Shown here one piece after another: positions 52,311 to 64,000 of a DNA stretch of 64,000 bases. The notes beneath the pieces are model-generated. The model was not told the DNA's origin, did not search any database, and saw nothing but the letters and a program-made list of their open reading frames with translations. This DNA is from Antedon mediterranea. Its lineage: Eukaryota; Animalia; Echinodermata. Where the stretch lies: contig NC_092680.1 of the NCBI RefSeq assembly GCF_964355755.1, positions 15,819,045 to 15,883,044 on the forward strand. Direction: 5' to 3'. How positions within the stretch are numbered: the first letter of the stretch is position 1; every line of letters begins with the position of its first letter. The position numbers and the translations under genes were made by a program.

Positions 52311-54035
52311 ATGACTCGAACGTATACGGTTGTTGTGGCGGTTTTAGCTTTTTGTTCTTTGTCTACCGCCACGTTTTGGAGAATTGAGCCAAAAAACGAG
52401 ACAGTACTGATAGGGACAACGGTCAGATTTCAGTGTGCTATAAATTCGACTCATCATGGGAAAGTTTACTGGATTGTACTTCTTAATGGACAGTATCTGA
52501 GCATCGGAGATTCCATTAGAGAAAAGATAGACCCTAACATTAGGTCTAGATACTCTATAGTTGGAAATAGTTCCAAAGGGGAATTTCACTTGCAAATAAA
52601 AAACGTATCGAAGTCAGACGAGAAAACCTTTCTATGTGCTTATATTGGAACTACACCATTACCTCCAAAGCAGGCCAAGCTCACAGTACTAGTACCACCA
52701 AGCAAAGATTATCCAAAATGTGTAACAGATCCACCCGGAGAGCTAGCAGTGGGACAGAAGATAACAATAGCCTGTATATCCCTTGGAGGAGACCCGCCGA
52801 CTCGTTTGGAATGGCAACGACCTGATGGAAAACCAAGTATACTATCAAAGGTTGGTCGCTATGCCCACACATTTACCTTAAAACCACAGGATAACGGTGT
52901 GGTTTTTACTTGTATAGGACGATCTAAAGCTCTTGACAAACCACGATCATGTCAACTTATGCCTCTCCATATACCCCCGAAAGCAGAAGTTCACCAGCAA
53001 TTTCAACCAGCCAGTATCGGCATGGCGGCAAGTTTTTCTTGCAAAGGTGAAGCATTACCACATGTACAACATTATTATTGGACATTAGGAGATCAGCTAA
53101 TAACGAAGACTCCAAGCGTGTTTGATCTAAGGGATAACAATCGTACTCTTGTTATTTTGAAATCACGTGGAACATATAATGGAACTGAAGTGTCTTGTTT
53201 TGTGGACACTCCTTCTGGTTTAAGCGCAAAGGCCAGTACCAAATTTATACTTGCAGATTCAGTTGCTGTTGAGGAGTATTTGTTTAAACAAGACTTTTTC
53301 TTTTACCTTGTATGTGCGTGTACATGCGCATTGTTTATAATATTAATTATTGCAATTACAGTAGGCTGTTTATTGAACAGATCTTTACGATTGAAACAGG
53401 CGGAACAGAACTTAAACGCTCAGAAAATATTTAAGGATGTTGATTACGAGCTTACTCCGTTACAGAAAGAGCTTGCACAGTCTGACCATATGCGCTCCAC
53501 TAAGAATCTGTACACATTTGACCCAGACCCGCTCGAAGAAAGGGAATACGCATGCATTGGAGATTTTACACCTAATGATGAAGAATGTGGTTACCTTGTT
53601 CCAACCACAAGGCATCAACCTCCGCCACCTCCTCCTCCACCACTAAACAAGAATTTATCATCTTCCATGGTATCTATGTCTACATTTCGGCCGCAGAGTG
53701 AGGTTGTGAAAATAGCACAACTCGTTAGTTCTCCACAGCTTGTGACACATAACGGTCATAGACTGCCAACAATTACTGAGAATTATACAAACTATAAGAA
53801 AAGAAGCAATCGATTAAAAAATATCGAGGCACCTGTTTTATGTAATTTGAATACCGTATCGGAATTATGCAATGCAGTACCCGAGCAAAGAGAAATGCAG
53901 TTATATAGCCATGTAGCAAGTGATCCGAAACCACCGATAAAAGACAAAATCTATTCGAAATATGAAGCTGCTCGTGAATCATCTGTAGTTGGAAAGTCTA
54001 TATCACGACAAGTATCACAACCACCACGCCGATGA
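52311..54035 (+). CDS. IgSF receptor gene 5: signal peptide, 3 Ig domains, Cys-rich TM, ~220-aa tail with poly-Pro and several tyrosines
   Basis: 574-aa ORF; leader MTRTYTVVVAVLAFCSLSTA; FQCAI..VYW..RYSIVG..FHLQIKNVSKSDEKTFLC; PPSKDYPKC..IAC..LEW..FTC..SCQLMP; FSCKG..YYW..VSCFV; TM FFFYLVCACTCALFIILIIAITVGCLL; P8 run at 53619-53642. Confidence 0.92.
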   Translation: MTRTYTVVVAVLAFCSLSTATFWRIEPKNETVLIGTTVRFQCAINSTHHGKVYWIVLLNGQYLSIGDSIREKIDPNIRSRYSIVGNSSKGEFHLQIKNVSKSDEKTFLCAYIGTTPLPPKQAKLTVLVPPSKDYPKCVTDPPGELAVGQKITIACISLGGDPPTRLEWQRPDGKPSILSKVGRYAHTFTLKPQDNGVVFTCIGRSKALDKPRSCQLMPLHIPPKAEVHQQFQPASIGMAASFSCKGEALPHVQHYYWTLGDQLITKTPSVFDLRDNNRTLVILKSRGTYNGTEVSCFVDTPSGLSAKASTKFILADSVAVEEYLFKQDFFFYLVCACTCALFIILIIAITVGCLLNRSLRLKQAEQNLNAQKIFKDVDYELTPLQKELAQSDHMRSTKNLYTFDPDPLEEREYACIGDFTPNDEECGYLVPTTRHQPPPPPPPPLNKNLSSSMVSMSTFRPQSEVVKIAQLVSSPQLVTHNGHRLPTITENYTNYKKRSNRLKNIEAPVLCNLNTVSELCNAVPEQREMQLYSHVASDPKPPIKDKIYSKYEAARESSVVGKSISRQVSQPPRR

Positions 54036-56008
54036 ATTAAAGTATTTTAAATACTCCAATGTAATTGAAATTAAGTTGGAGTATTGACTTATACCTTACT
54101 CGTGCATTAAGACGAATGTCTACAAAATGGCGAATGGTTAAACGTGTTATCTACGTTCGATTCTGGCATTATCATCGAGACAAATCCGGAGATTTTATCA
54201 TGAACATGCTGAAAAATCGGCAAAACTTTAGTGCTAATAATAATTTAACTGGTGATTCTAGGAAATATTTATTATTTAGCAGCCATTTTGGATATGCTGA
54301 TCTAAATGACATTTTCAAGGCCTGGTTTAAGGGTGTGGTCATCACTATACGTGAATATACGTGAAGTCAAACTGAAACAATATGACGGGTGACGTGTATT
54401 GAAATCAACAATAACCAAATGAAACAATATTTACAAAGAACGTAATTCAAAATTAATTGATTTTGACTAACATATGTAGCCTGTTAAACTGTAAGCAAAT
54501 AGGCACAATGTTTACACGCAACCCCTGCTGTAGATAAAGAGACAGTGTCGATAATGTGGGTGGTGGATGTGACCCTACTTTGAAATGATGAGCATAACAT
54601 GTCTCATCTAACTTATTTAAAAAATACTAATAAGGAAACATCATAATTATACTGCGCTATGTTAATGTATATTCTTGACTGACGATAAGGCCTCGTTTCC
54701 ATTAAGCGAATCTATTCGTGCGAATACATTTCTGAGCTCTAATTGGTTGATAAAAAAAATGTTACTCGCAAAAGCGTATGGAAAAATACATAAGGTTTAC
54801 ATAATGGAAACAGGCTCCGGTCTAAAATCATGAATTCGTGACAAGCAATCGTCAAAGATGTATGAATGTTATTAGGACATGACGAAATTGACAACTTAGG
54901 TCTACATTTTAACCCAGAACCGCATAATTTGCTGGACAAACAAGCGGAAGACTGTGATCTATTAATTCTGTCATACCATTTCCCACACATGTCTATGTAC
55001 AAAATATGTAAACACTGAAATGTCAGTGCAATGTTTTTAATGATATCGTCCTATTGATTGCTACACATGTGACACGCATGCGTGGTCTACAGGATGGATT
55101 TAATTATTTTTTTTAATAAGAATATTCATTGAATTAATCTGCGATATTCGTTTTCTATTATTAGAAATATGCATTGCATTAAAATTTTTTAACCAAATGA
55201 TTTAATTTTGAACGATTTTTTGATGATAATCATTATTCGGCATGTAGTATTTTATTTGTAATTAATTGCAATTTATTCGCTTTATATAAATCACTGACAC
55301 GCCTCTATATTATGTGTCCATTATGAAACTAGTTCATTCCACTAATTAATGTATCTTTCTACACATAGCTTAATGCAAAATATTAAAATAAATCAGACCT
55401 ATTGTGGATCATTTCAAAATAACTCTAAAACAAATTCACCATTTTTAACGATTGTTTTCGGATCCATGCAATACTAAAATGCGCTTAATGGTATTTGAAC
55501 AACATTTGTATGCATACTATTTTAACACATCCTTGAATTCAGTCATACATTTCGCATGTAAATCTTAACGACATAAACATATGTTGAAAATTATCTTGAT
55601 TATACATCGTTTATAAAATGGTGATTTAATAAATTTTTATTTACACATATTTAGTTTAGTATATCAGATAACACTTTGATTTGGATTAGTCTTTGTTACA
55701 TTTAGGATGAGGGTATAACGAATCTTATGAGTCCTGCTGTTTAGCATTGTTAATAAAGCAATGTAATTAATAGTAGGCCTTACGACAAATGATAAAATTG
55801 ACAGATATGACGAATGAATAAATATGAACGTCATTAGTAAATTGATGTTCGAAAACATGTAATTACTGTAAATAGTATGTCTACGTGTATATATATATGT
55901 AAAAAGAGAGAGATATTTCAATTTTCTATATTAAAGATTATTGTCAATGATTTAACTTTATATTGTTGGTTGTATTCTTGAACTCATACTCATTAGCATA
56001 TTTTCATA

Positions 56009-56310
56009 ATAATAATAATAATGGAAATTTGTAAAGCGCAGGTATCCGTCTGACTCACTGCGCTACTGACATTATTACCCCAGTAATTTTGGATCAAACA
56101 CGTATGGAAACATACTCCCATAATGCAGCTAGTAATCAGCGCAAAGTTGTGTCTTGATCTAACCGGGTACCCATTTATACACCTGGGTGGAGAGAGGCAA
56201 ACGTAAGTAAAGTATCTTGCCTACGGATACAAGCAATGCGGCGAGAGTTCGATTCGAACTTCGGTCTCACGATCAATATAGTCCAACACACTGCGCCACA
56301 CACCCTCACA
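56009..56310 (-). mobile_element. tRNA-derived SINE with CORE/V-like body and (ATT)n tail
   Basis: Minus strand: B-box-like agttcgaatc, ggcaagatactttac..cctctctccacccaggtgtataaatgggtacc, 3' end gcgctttacaaat..attattatt (L2-like). Confidence 0.7.
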
Positions 56311-57054
56311 CGTGGCAAATAAAACATTTTTTTATTCCAAAAACAAAACAACAAAGGGAAGAGGTGGTTAATATATTATCTTTCACATTTGTTATGTAAA
56401 TACTAATAATTTGATTGCGCTGTTTTTGAAATAAGGATAATGTTTATTGTGAAATCGAACCGGACAAAACCGGAATACTGTTACTACAAAACAACGTCTA
56501 TGTGTCTGATGCGCAGTCAAGCAAGACAAATACTCACTTTAAACCAATGAACAGTTGTGAAACAACCGTGGTTGTTTTTGGACTTTATTTTACACTTCCC
56601 AATTTCACGGACTTTCAAGAACATTACAGACAAATTACTTTATATTTAATTTTTCTGAATTGTAATTATAAAATGATACTCGTCCTTCGGATGGACGTAA
56701 ATCCGTTGGTTCCGTGTGAATTTGTGGTTAATACAAAGTTGGATAAACATTAAAGCGATATGAATGATTAAACAAATGATTAGGCCTACCAAGAAAGTGA
56801 TTCTTAACCTTCTAACAAACTATAGGTTAGCCACTGAACATCCAGTCTATATTCAAGTTTCCTGCGTGGGAACTGAACCAAGAACTATGAGCAATACGGT
56901 ACCCAGTATCTAAACATAGAACTGCTATTGCAAAGAGACAAACTGTGTGAAAATCAGAAAGAAGGAACGACTTATTTTTATATTTACAACAATTCGTTAT
57001 CATTATCAAACAGACCACCACACTCGTTTTGATTGGGAAAGACTGACACATCGT

Positions 57055-57265
57055 CTTCGTCAAAGCAAACTCTGATCAGAGCGTGACTTCTCTACCAGTA
57101 TTCTGAAACCATATCCAGTCTTCTGTCATCCTACTTGATTGCTTCATAGAGCCAAACACATATGTTATAGTCTTTTAATATTTGCATATCGGTCTCCTCT
57201 TCTTCTCTTCCATTGAATATAAGCCTCCAACATTCTCTTCTCCAGACTTACACATATTGAATATC
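57055..57265 (-). mobile_element. Degenerate 3' fragment of an RTE-like LINE
   Basis: Minus strand LEKRMLEAYIQWKRRRG and MTEDWIWF..REVT resemble RTE C-terminal LEKxIxEGxxxGKRxRGR..AxDRxxW. Confidence 0.5.
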
Positions 57266-59099
57266 AGAGGAAAGTCAAATTAATCCCCAACTTTTTGTTC
57301 TCAGTCATGATTTGGCATGTTAGCCTTGTCTTGTCTTATAATTATAAACTAAATTATGTTTTTTCTTTTAAAGTAACACAATGCATATGACATTTCAAAT
57401 GTGACTTATCAGTAGTTGGCAAGGGTTTGGAATCCATTTAGGATCGGTTCTAGTTTAAACGATGATATCATAGCGTTTTGTCGTTGCTTATGCTGCATGG
57501 CTGACGTCATTTGCAGCAGCAGCAGTAGGAGCACTTATTACATGTGTCTCGAAGTTTGAAAGAGTTTTGTTCAAAAAAATACAATGCACAACAAAACAAC
57601 AATACACTATACATCAACGTTACATAATGAAGATTATAAAAAAAAAACTTGTTGATTAATATGCTAATATAAAACTGTTTTTAGGCTGTTTTCAAATGGA
57701 GTTATTCCTAAAGAAGAACAAACCACGTTGCATTCAAATATCATCTAGTAATAAACTATGTAGTTCAAAACGAACTATAGTCAATTGCCAATTGAAAAAA
57801 ATGAATTTAATCAGTATATTTATTCCTAATGTGTCAGCAGTCGGAAAAATGTTTGTTTAATTTTGATGAAAAATTCCGGATTTCAATCTGTATTGGATAC
57901 AGGAAGTTTTTGAGCCACAGTAAATTAATACCAGTTTAAATACAATGATTTCATATCCATTAGTTTAATTACATTGCATTAAAGAAAATTATGAGTATAA
58001 CAAAATATGCACTTACACTCGGACGATCAAATCATTTGATGAAAATGAACAAGCTTACGCAGCACTAAAGTAATAATGAATGTGTGCTATTAAGCTAAAT
58101 CTTTTTAAAAAGAAGACACATTATGCAATAGGTCTATTGATAAACATAAAGTATAGAGTAATAGACTCAATATAGTATCAATTTTGGATGATCGTCGTCA
58201 ACTGTTTATTGTCGTTCGTTAGTTTTTCTTCATGCTTGGGTACCAATATTGATAATGGAAACAATTTTTGTTACAAAGGCAGTGTTACATTATTATTATC
58301 AGAGCCTGCATTTGTTGTCCTTATCAACAAAAGTAGAATCTAGGTTATATCAAAGGTTACAGTACTATTGGGCATATGTTAAATTAGGAACGTTTCATTT
58401 TTAAAGTTTCGAAATAAGGTTAGCCGATGGAAATTAACTATTAAATGTCGATGACTTACGTTGATAATTGAAATAAGATCAAGTTCAAACGCAATGTCGA
58501 TGAATTATGAATTGAATAGGTACAGTCGAAAATTGAAAATAAATTGAATTGACACATTCCTTTCTCCAGATTTAATTTAATGTGTCCACTGGTAGAACTG
58601 TTCAAAGTTTTAATAAATTGAAAAAAAATCCACTTCAATATTTTGAATTGTGTAAGTTTTACAGAATTACTCTTTCTATCACTGAAATACCATCAATACA
58701 AATTGTATTTTTAAAATTTCTGATTTTTTGTGGCCTATCAGTCCAAAGTATGTAGTCGATCATCACTTTGTTTGCTATCTATTCTCTGCACACGTGGGAA
58801 TTCTATAATTAATCCACTACTTATTAGAGTTAAGTAGATCCTCTTGTATTAAAGAAATACTTAGAAATTTGTACGTCAAAACTGTGTTGTGAACCATAGT
58901 ACATTAGCGCAATAATTAAACTTCCGACAGAAATCATCAGCCTAGTCAATTCTGTGTCATGTAAATCAAGCACCTGTCTATCTTTTTAGTGTATCTTTCT
59001 GTAATCTAAATTTAAAAAGATAGGTAATAAAATGTGTACTATTTTTATTTTGTGCGAACAGAAAAAAAAAATGCTAAAAAACAAGTATGAAAGCACTAC

Positions 59100-59373
59100 A
59101 ACTTCGTGCTGTTATGGACATAATAGCAACAATGAATCAGTAATAAATTACTTAAACAAACAAAAACAATTAAAAAAAATGACATTTACAGGACATTATC
59201 ATTGTAGTAAACAGAAATTATAAGATGTTCTGCTGTGGCAGCCAAAACATGGACTTGCAAAACAAGGAAGACAAGCACTCACATACAGTGATGTTCTAGA
59301 GACGGATACTGTTATGCAGCGAGAAGAAATTATGGAGGAATCTAGACATATAAGTTCGGGTAAGTAAGTAAGT
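59100..59373 (+). mobile_element. Degenerate 3' end of an RTE-like LINE with (TAAG)n tail
   Basis: LRAVMDI..FTGH..DVLLWQPKHG..GRQALTYSDVLETDT followed by taagtaagtaagta. Confidence 0.65.
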
Positions 59374-60858
59374 ATAAACTTATTATATTACGTTATGATT
59401 TGATTTGCATTTAAGTAAGTTAATATAAAAACTACTAACAGCATCAGAGACTCGCAATGTCCTTTAGTGTAATTTTAGGTATATTTGCGTTTCTTTTCTT
59501 TTTCGTTTTTTTGGTACAATATATCATAAATCATTGATTAAATTATCAAAGTTGAGAAGCGTTCATTACATTCATAGCCAAACGTTGAAAATGCCTTAAT
59601 TAATTATTGAAAAGGAACCAACCTGTTTTGAAAACTAAAATTCAAAGTATCGAGAGGCTATACGATATTACGGAAGTTCAGTTATTTTCGATACTAGGCC
59701 AAATTCAAGTGATGATTGAACATGTCAAAAAACAGGTGAACTAGGATTTCCTTTTTCATCAGACTGACCTGTATGGGTAATCCGGATATGCGGTAAATTA
59801 TAGATGAAAGGTTCATTATAATCTGAAACGAAAATGTTAAAATATCAGCGGTTTCTTTGAGTGATGTTTAAACTTTTATTTTTGTTTTCTTAATTTTCTA
59901 CTTACATACATTGTCGGAGTCATTTAATTTTTTTTTTTCGTTTCATCATTCACCTCATGCCATACTGTACCGTACTATACTACGTATATTATCCTATACT
60001 ATGCCTATACTATTATACCTATTTTGTAACTTTAGGCCTAATTTTACTGATTTATCAAATATTATTAACACAATATACTTTTTTTTGGAAAAGTGATGCG
60101 ATTTATTGTTAAGGTCGTGGAAGATTATGTTTAATACGTAGAAATAATAATACTTTTATTAATAAATAAAACATATAGGAAACAGGGTCACGTTACTATC
60201 TGATATATTAAAACGAGAAGATCATTAAAAAACGTCTCGGTAATTAGTAAGTTAATCTGAGAGAAGGACGACAATAATGAGTAATATTAGATTGTGCAGT
60301 TTTAAGACGCATGGCCAAGGCTGTATCACAGACTACCTAGACATGTAAGATGTGACGCTTCTAATTGTGGTTTGAGTTTAGAACCCCCGTGGTTTAGTAT
60401 CTGTTAACCGGATAGCCTAGAAGATGAACACGTCAACATTAAGAAGTAACCAACTAGCTTATCATGACACATACATGTCTGTCTACTTCCACCGGTAAAT
60501 ATTATGAACTTGTAAACTCAAAATTATATAATATTATTTTAATTTTTTAAATAATTCAAGCTTAATCGATAGTTTTTATTATGTATAATTATGGTAATTA
60601 TTACAAATTTAAAAGATATCGAAACAAGAAATTTAGTCTTTATGTGGTTGTTTAATGACAATAGTATTGTGGACAGAATTGAGTTAATGAATATATAACC
60701 AAACTTATTGACTGATGCTATTATCTTTTAATTTAGATAAAATAATAAAAATAAAATATAGGCCTACTTAAACATATTAAATATTGGTATACGTAATAAC
60801 CAACTGTGAATGACTTATAGGTTAACCATCATATCAATGACATAATCATAAAGATAAA

Positions 60859-61010
60859 AGCTCTGTCTACGCTATCAAACTTTATGTGACAAAAAAAATG
60901 TGATACAGTAATGTTATGCCCAAATATGGTAGTGATATGACATCATCATGTCATATAATAGATGGCAACGTCACATTTTTTGTTTGAAGTTTGAAAGTGT
61001 AGACAGAGCT
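60859..61010. mobile_element. MITE, same family as 19492-19605
   Basis: agctctgtctacgct ... agtgtagacagagct|taa; core tatgcccaaatatggtagtgatatgac shared. Confidence 0.8.
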
Positions 61011-64000
61011 TAAGACGAGTTTCTTGAGATTAAATTAGATCGAGAGAAAACAATGGATAAAAAAGAGAAATGGGAAACGAAATTGACAAATTGATATTTA
61101 GAAAAAGAAGTTTTTTTGAAGAAATGTAAAATGGTAGTGAAACACTTTCTTGGTTTATCTTATTTAATTTCATTTTACTTTTATTTTGAAACGGACGTCC
61201 ATAGTAAAAGAAATAAATGTAAATAAAAAAGGCGGACACAGAAAAAAACAACAACAACGGTATTATATCATCTCAGGATCTCCATCATTTTGTTATGGAG
61301 TCTAGATGATTCAAATGATGATACCATAATACATTCTATCATTTCATATTTGCTAGCTGACATGCTCTGTAACAATGAACAGACAGATTTTCTTACTCAT
61401 GAAAGACATTGAATTACCAACACATAAAGCCAAAAGAATAGCTGTAAAAGTCCTAATAGCTTTTGAACAATGGGACCAAGTTTTAAAAACTATGGAAAAC
61501 AACAGATTTTAGTCGCGTCCAACGCGACTCGACAGCTCACAATGTCCAATTTGTATTTTGTTTTTTTTTCTTCTGAAGATGTTTTTACAAAATTTAGTGA
61601 CCTTATCATTAGTTGCAGAGGCACACTTCCTATCCGGTCTTCCTATCTTCCAAAAGATGTAGACATGAATTGATACAATCTGCCTAATTGTTCCACTTAA
61701 GGCACAGCCGAATATTTAAAATTGAAAATAACTAAATAAAAGTCCATATAAATATATTACTCTTTAATTAATTACATCAGATTATTTTTAATTCAAAAAC
61801 CGAAGTTACTAAATAACTATCTCAACTTTAAGCTAATATTTAGTATTACTCATATCGTCATCAATGATATTGTATATACCAACAATAAAATATTACGCAA
61901 TGAAATGTACACATACAACTTTAAGCATAACACATATACAACAATAATTTTACGGATAAATAAGTTTGATGTAACTTTCTCGTTAAAAAGTTGTTGATAT
62001 AACTGTATAGAATAGAAATAGCACAGCCTTGTTCAAATAAGTGGATATGTCACCATTAGGCTATATGTTTAATTAGCAGTAAACATAATGCCTAATCTGA
62101 AATATTGAATTTAATATAAAGATACATCTAAACGATAAAAACATTCGGCGAGGAAATGACAACTAACACAGCAAATTAAGGAAACGATAATTCAGATAGC
62201 ATAACAGGCAGTGGAAAACAAAATGTGTTTCATTGACCTTAGCAAACATTAGGATTAATCCTGGTCACATGATTAAATAACATGATATAACATATAATTC
62301 CTCATCACGTTGTAAATTGAGAACATCCAGACGCTTCTGTATCCTCCATCCTAACTTAATTGCATCCTCAACTTCCCGCCAAAAGCACAACATCTTCAAA
62401 AATAGAAAAACCATGAACTGTACTTTATCTGACAATAAAAAAGCAAAGTACTGAACACTGTAAATGGACAATTTGCTTTTATAGCAAGTAAGGAAATGTT
62501 TGAAGATTTTAAAGTGCACACATTGAAAAAGGGTGCTCATGGTATGCTGTTGCATAAAAGGATTCACCATGTGTTTTCATTGTTTAATAATAGTTGCATT
62601 ATCAAATAGTTTTGTATCCATTTTCACCAAAGTCTTCTGACAAACACTCATTCCCGTAGGAGTAAGAGTCAACACACGTTTCCTATTTTATTGATAGGCT
62701 TACATCCTGCCATTTGTCACATATTGGTGATACTCTACATTCAGTAGTTACAATTTGGAGTTTCCATTTTACATTAGTAAATAAGATAGATAGATATCAC
62801 ATTATTGACATGCCTATTTGCATTTCAAAGTTAAGTTATAAAGTTAACAAGAAATGACCATTATAGAATACTATGATTATGGCTGTAATAAATTATCATT
62901 CCTAACAATACAGTAAAATAGTATCTACATGAATATTCTAGAATAACAGTATGTTTAGATTTAAGAAAACATGTATACTTAATATAAGAACAATCAGGAA
63001 CATTCCAGAAGTGATATTAATAGAAACTGTAATACAATAGAATAAGAAGTATAAGGAATGATCTAGAAGGTTATGAACATATTGTATATAAGGGGAAGTA
63101 TGACAATTGTAAGGAGGGAGAAGGATTTTGGATTGAAGCATTTATTTTGAAGAAGGTTGGAGAGGTTGGATATTCGAATTTAAAAGTTATTGTGAAGCTG
63201 TTATTTAAAGTGCTTACTGGATTGTTGAAAGTTGAAGTTGATTGAAATTTTGAGTTATTTTACAACTTTGTGGATTTTTGGTGTATACTTTTATGTCACA
63301 AGGGAGTTCCTAAAGTATTTTCAACCGCTCGGAAACATACGTAAAGGGAGTTCGTGACAATGGCTATCGACGTGTTGGTGCATAGCCGTGGTGTTAATAA
63401 TGCTGCTAAACATACTTTCTTAAAGCTATGTTCTATCAGATGGAGGGGAAAGATTGTAGCATTTGCTGACATCTGGATAAGAGATAACCGGACAGAGAAG
63501 GATGGGTTCGGCTTGATGATGCCTTCGCACTACATTTAGCACACAGTGGCTGAAATGATAATGACGGTGTTTGAAAATCTTAATTATTGTAATAACATTC
63601 GTTATATCACGCCATTTTTCATTCTGTTGCTGCCAATTTCAACTTAAATATACAAAATAATAAAAAGATAGATTGCAATCAATATTGATTGAAATCATGT
63701 AATCCAACAAAGTATATCAACTTGAAACACAGAGACTGGAAAAAGCTCAGTTCATTGTATCATTGAACCTAACAAACTCTCTCCTTGAGGGACTCTTTTC
63801 AATTTATAAAATAAAACATGGAAAATCAACATCATATTTTTAAAAATGAAAACATATCGTTATCATAAGTGTCACCATCTGAACCGAAAACTTTCACATT
63901 AGTTGTAAGACAACTTTTGCCTAATTCATTACGTTGATATCCGGCGAAAATCAAAACAGTTATTTCGACAATTTTGACATTTGGATCTTCTCAATTAATA

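Noticed and set aside
62265-62570. ORF segment EVEDAIKLGWRIQK faintly like Polinton-type polymerase B
   Set aside because: Too short and no catalytic motifs recognisable; needs a profile search.

Overview
AT-rich eukaryotic (animal, probably invertebrate deuterostome; inferred from a Deu-type SINE and the repeat landscape) genomic window. Its main content is a tandem cluster of five related immunoglobulin-superfamily type I membrane receptor genes whose coding sequences have no introns (signal peptide - V-type Ig - C2-like Ig with an extra Cys pair - I/C2-like Ig - TM - tail): 9491-11200 (-), 18013-19134 (+, interrupted by one stop), 23562-25133 (+), 29858-31651 (+) and 52311-54035 (+). The cluster shows rapid turnover: an in-frame 480-bp domain duplication and tail loss in gene 1, and a gene 2/gene 3 pair with almost identical ectodomains but opposite membrane/tail designs (short tail with a TM arginine versus long Tyr-containing tail), reminiscent of paired immune receptors. 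The rest is intergenic DNA with LINE fragments, tRNA-derived SINEs, MITEs, Helentron/DINE-like elements, minisatellites, perfect palindromes and a strongly over-represented TAGGCCTA octamer. No database searches were run; family assignments rest on motif recognition.
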